Virus record (IMG/VR): IMGVR_UViG_3300034071_000844
Location: 1 to 36,211 of that record
Source: a virus
Lineage: Duplodnaviria; Caudoviricetes
Direction: 5' to 3' (one strand)
DNA length: 36,211 nt
A program made the position numbers and the translations under genes. Position 1 is the first letter of the stretch; the number at the start of each line of letters is the position of its first letter. Of the stretch, positions 33,374 to 36,211 are shown one piece after another. Under the pieces are notes generated by a model. That model was not told the origin of the DNA, made no database searches, and saw only the letters and a program-made list of their open reading frames with translations.

Positions 33374-34402
33374 TTAGGCGTAGCTCGCTGTCGCGTTTAC
33401 GACTTCGAAGGTGGTCGACCCGCTTGACGCAGTGGTCGACTTCCAGCTCAGCGAATGACCGTGACGACGCCGATTCTGCAGCGCGTCTGGCTCGCCTTCT
33501 ACGTACTGGGCATTGTCAACCTTGACAGCCATCGAATAGCCGTAGCCGCTGGCGATCACGCTTGACGACTTCCAAGTCGCGGTTAGCGCGAAGCCGGTTG
33601 CATTCTTCAGTGCGTCGATATCGTCGACGTCCAACTGGCGCTTGTTTATTTCGCCGCTGACTACGACCGGGCCTTCATTGTCTTTTTCGAGCACGTCAGG
33701 CCAGCGCGAAGCGATGCCCAGTGACCGCACAGCTTCCATCGGATTAGAAATCGAGACTGTGAAGTCCTGCGTCGTGCCGGTGCCAGACAGATTCGAAGGC
33801 AGGGTCAGGTCGCCGCGAGTGAACGGGCGCACTGCGAGCGCTTCGTAGGCCGGTGTCAGCGTCGGATTCGACTGCCGGTCAAGGTATAGACACGGGCCAG
33901 ATGCAGTGACCATCGCGCCGCCTTCTTCTGGCGAATCGAGACTGAAGTCGCTGATACCAGCGCCCTTCAGCTTGTAATAGACAGACTGGTCGCTGTAGGC
34001 AGCGTCGATCTGCGCAGTGCGCGGCGATGCACCAGACGGGCCGAATGGCGCAGTCCAGCGATGCCGGTAAGCACCAGACGGTATCACGGTGCCAGCTAGG
34101 TCAGTGATAATGCCGTCGCCGTTTGCAGTAGTCGGCGCGCCACAGACCAGACCCAGCAGAAATGCCACCGTGTCGGGATAGGCACGCACGCCCAGATCGA
34201 ACGTAGGCGAATACGCTTCAGGAATGACCGCGAGCGGCTCGTCCTGATTACGTACTTCATCGTCGCGCATAAGATGCGCGGTACCGGGCTTCGGTGCGAG
34301 CGAAGTCAGGGGCGGAAACAGTTTCTTCGTCGAAAGCGTCGGTGAATTAGTTTCATTACCGGGCGTGCTTTCGTATGCAAGTCTTGCGTAGCCGTTCGGC
34401 AT
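33374..34402 (-). CDS. Major tail (tube) protein
   Basis: 342 aa Ser/Thr/Gly-rich; position between tail terminator and chaperone; AGGAG SD. Confidence 0.85.
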   Translation of the reverse strand: MPNGYARLAYESTPGNETNSPTLSTKKLFPPLTSLAPKPGTAHLMRDDEVRNQDEPLAVIPEAYSPTFDLGVRAYPDTVAFLLGLVCGAPTTANGDGIITDLAGTVIPSGAYRHRWTAPFGPSGASPRTAQIDAAYSDQSVYYKLKGAGISDFSLDSPEEGGAMVTASGPCLYLDRQSNPTLTPAYEALAVRPFTRGDLTLPSNLSGTGTTQDFTVSISNPMEAVRSLGIASRWPDVLEKDNEGPVVVSGEINKRQLDVDDIDALKNATGFALTATWKSSSVIASGYGYSMAVKVDNAQYVEGEPDALQNRRRHGHSLSWKSTTASSGSTTFEVVNATASYA

Positions 34403-34764
34403 TAGTCATTCTCCTTCTTAACAGCGTTGCGTTCATCGGTGAAGCGCGAAGTGTCATCTGCGGCGCGACCGTCAGCGCGAGCTGCGATCAGACCCTTCTG
34501 CCCTGCGTCCAGATCGGCTTCGACCTGAGCTTCGGCAGCAGCGACTTCGCCTGCGGAAATCTCGACCAATTCGAGCGCGTCTTTACGCGCTTCGACGGCC
34601 TTCTTCGCTTCGTCTAGGTCTTCGATGACGTCACCGGGCTTACCTACCGGGGTAGGCACGTCGGGGCGGAAATATCCGCGAAGACCAGAAATCGTATGAG
34701 GTGTGTCAGGGGCGCCGCCGATAATCAGCCGGACGCCGTGACGCTTACTAGATGCCACGTGCAT
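34402..34764 (-). CDS. Hypothetical tail-region protein (120 aa)
   Basis: CAGGAG SD; coupled to major tail gene. Confidence 0.7.
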   Translation of the reverse strand: MHVASSKRHGVRLIIGGAPDTPHTISGLRGYFRPDVPTPVGKPGDVIEDLDEAKKAVEARKDALELVEISAGEVAAAEAQVEADLDAGQKGLIAARADGRAADDTSRFTDERNAVKKEND

Positions 34765-34784
34765 TTCTCCTGTTCGGTTAGGTG

Positions 34785-35210
34785 TTAGACGAAGTCGAGC
34801 ACTGACACGCGTACTGGGTAAACCAGCATCGGACGTGCCGCGCCTTCTTCAATTTCGGGCGGGCCAGCGCTGATAGCTTTCGCCTCTTGCACTGTGCCGC
34901 CAAGATCAGGGTCAGCATCGACCGCTGCAATAAACTTTTCGATGACTTCCAGCGCCTGCGCTTGACCGAAGGTGGCGTCTGTGAAGTCGAAGTAGAAAGA
35001 CACCGGCCATTCAGACCGCCAGTCATACTGCGACAGGTGATCTTCGGCTGCGTCAGGCTCAGTGCGCGAGACTGTAGGTAGCTCGATCACTGCAGCTGGT
35101 CGCGCGTCTGTATCGCGTATCAGCCATTTCTTAGCCTTGACCGTCGGGCTGATCGTGCCAATTACTGCCACCAGACCATCGGCAATCGGGTCAAGAATGG
35201 TGCTAGCCAT
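34785..35210 (-). CDS. Tail terminator / completion protein
   Basis: 141 aa acidic; PAAVI and ADPDLGGTV patterns; position. Confidence 0.7.
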   Translation of the reverse strand: MASTILDPIADGLVAVIGTISPTVKAKKWLIRDTDARPAAVIELPTVSRTEPDAAEDHLSQYDWRSEWPVSFYFDFTDATFGQAQALEVIEKFIAAVDADPDLGGTVQEAKAISAGPPEIEEGAARPMLVYPVRVSVLDFV

Positions 35211-35689
35211 TAGCCGAACGCCTTCTGCAGCCTGCGCATAATCGCAGTGCCTACTTCTTGCCTGAATCGCGGCAGACCTGCGTCGATGCCGCGCTCCACG
35301 AAGCGCTTACCGCGAATGCGAGCAGTACCACGCACCACTGAGCGCACTTCGCCAGTAGTGCCGACTCGAATTGCCAGCCTGCGCTTCGGGTAGATCGGTC
35401 GCGGCAGTGTGCCGCCGTAATTCTGCAGACCGATAATTCTTGAATTCTTGACGCTGCCCTTCGTCGTAATGACGACCTGATTAGTGCGCGGCGCAGTGGC
35501 AGTAATCAGACCGCGCAGCTTCGTCGGCGCTGCGCCTTTCTTGACGCGCGGCACTATCCAGTGCATAGCAGCGTCTTTCATTCCGCCCTTGACAGATCGG
35601 TAATAGGTGCGCCTGAAGCTGTCCAGACTGTGCACCTGACGTTCGGTTTGTACGTCGCAGGTGACGCCGTTATACGCTCGAACGCTCAT
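35210..35689 (-). CDS. Neck / tail completion protein (HK97 gp10-like, basic)
   Basis: 159 aa basic; NYGG and RFVERG patterns; position after adaptor. Confidence 0.6.
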   Translation of the reverse strand: MSVRAYNGVTCDVQTERQVHSLDSFRRTYYRSVKGGMKDAAMHWIVPRVKKGAAPTKLRGLITATAPRTNQVVITTKGSVKNSRIIGLQNYGGTLPRPIYPKRRLAIRVGTTGEVRSVVRGTARIRGKRFVERGIDAGLPRFRQEVGTAIMRRLQKAFG

Positions 35690-36211
35690 AGCACTGTGCG
35701 CACGAATGGCTTCAGCAGCATCTGAGCACGCGAAGGTATGCCCTGCGGTCTTTCTAGTGCAGGCTCGTCAACCGACAGCACAGATTCGTAGGCAGTCACG
35801 TCGAGCTTCAGCCAATTATTGACCGTAAGAATGCAGGCGTGTTCGACGTCTTTCGGCACCGACGCGAAGCCCCACGTGCCGGTGACTTCAATGACTCGAT
35901 ACGACCAGCGCGCGATAGTGGGCGAAATTGCCGGGTCGATTCTCAGCGCTGTGTAGACACCTAGCGGCTTATGCACCGGCACCAGCCGATAGTCAGCAGC
36001 CAGAAGCGTAGTCGGTGAAGCAGTGTCGGTATCGAATCTAACCTGACTAAGCGACTGCAGATCGAATGGCGACAGATCAAGCAAGCCGCCGCCCTTGTAT
36101 TCGAAGGTGCGTGCGAACGGATTCGTACCAGTGGTCTTGAATTCGCGTTCGCAGTATCGCGATATCGCATCTGAAGCACGCGTAATCATCGCGCTAATTT
36201 CAGCGTCTTGC
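35686..36211 (-). CDS. Head-tail adaptor (3' part; true start at 198 across the junction)
   Basis: ISRYCEREF, IEVTGTWGF..VPKDVEHAC, LLKPF motifs. Confidence 0.82.
   Translation of the reverse strand, partial: QDAEISAMITRASDAISRYCEREFKTTGTNPFARTFEYKGGGLLDLSPFDLQSLSQVRFDTDTASPTTLLAADYRLVPVHKPLGVYTALRIDPAISPTIARWSYRVIEVTGTWGFASVPKDVEHACILTVNNWLKLDVTAYESVLSVDEPALERPQGIPSRAQMLLKPFVRTVL
36085..36211. repeat. Terminal direct repeat (copy 2)
   Basis: Identical to 1-127. Confidence 0.95.

Noticed and set aside
36085-36211. 127-bp terminal repeat as a biological DTR
   Set aside because: Length equals a standard assembler k-mer and it falls mid-gene; it indicates circular assembly only
1-36211. tRNA genes, reverse transcriptase/DGR or retron, DNA methyltransferase
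   Set aside because: No cloverleaf, RT motif or methyltransferase motif seen by eye; tRNAscan and HMM searches would be needed to exclude them fully

Overview
This window is an apparently complete, circularly assembled temperate siphovirus genome of about 36,084 bp; bases 1-127 are repeated at 36085-36211, consistent with an assembler overlap. It is GC-rich and probably infects an actinobacterium (inferred from gene content). Most core genes lie on the minus strand: HNH, TerL, portal, protease, HK97-fold capsid, neck and tail genes, tape measure, two lysins, holins, Hjc resolvase, metallophosphoesterase, and an early/replication operon with SSB-like, PD-(D/E)XK exonuclease, initiator with iterons, DnaB-like helicase and TOPRIM primase. 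A large serine integrase and an XRE-like repressor are on the plus strand. The most striking layer is a dispersed plus-strand cassette system. Eight copies of one promoter/operator (TGTAGC-N5-GCTACA palindrome over a TACACT -10, then a conserved leader and GAAAGG SD) each drive small orphan ORFs. These cassettes sit antisense inside core operons and usually end in a shared GGCGCC terminator. In the central cluster, two complete type II hammerhead ribozymes with predicted pseudoknots (18727-18792 and 19164-19235) occupy the terminator slot. They flank one gene and precede a small HTH protein (candidate operator binder) and a stand-alone Prim-Pol. Product calls come from motifs read by eye; no database search was run.
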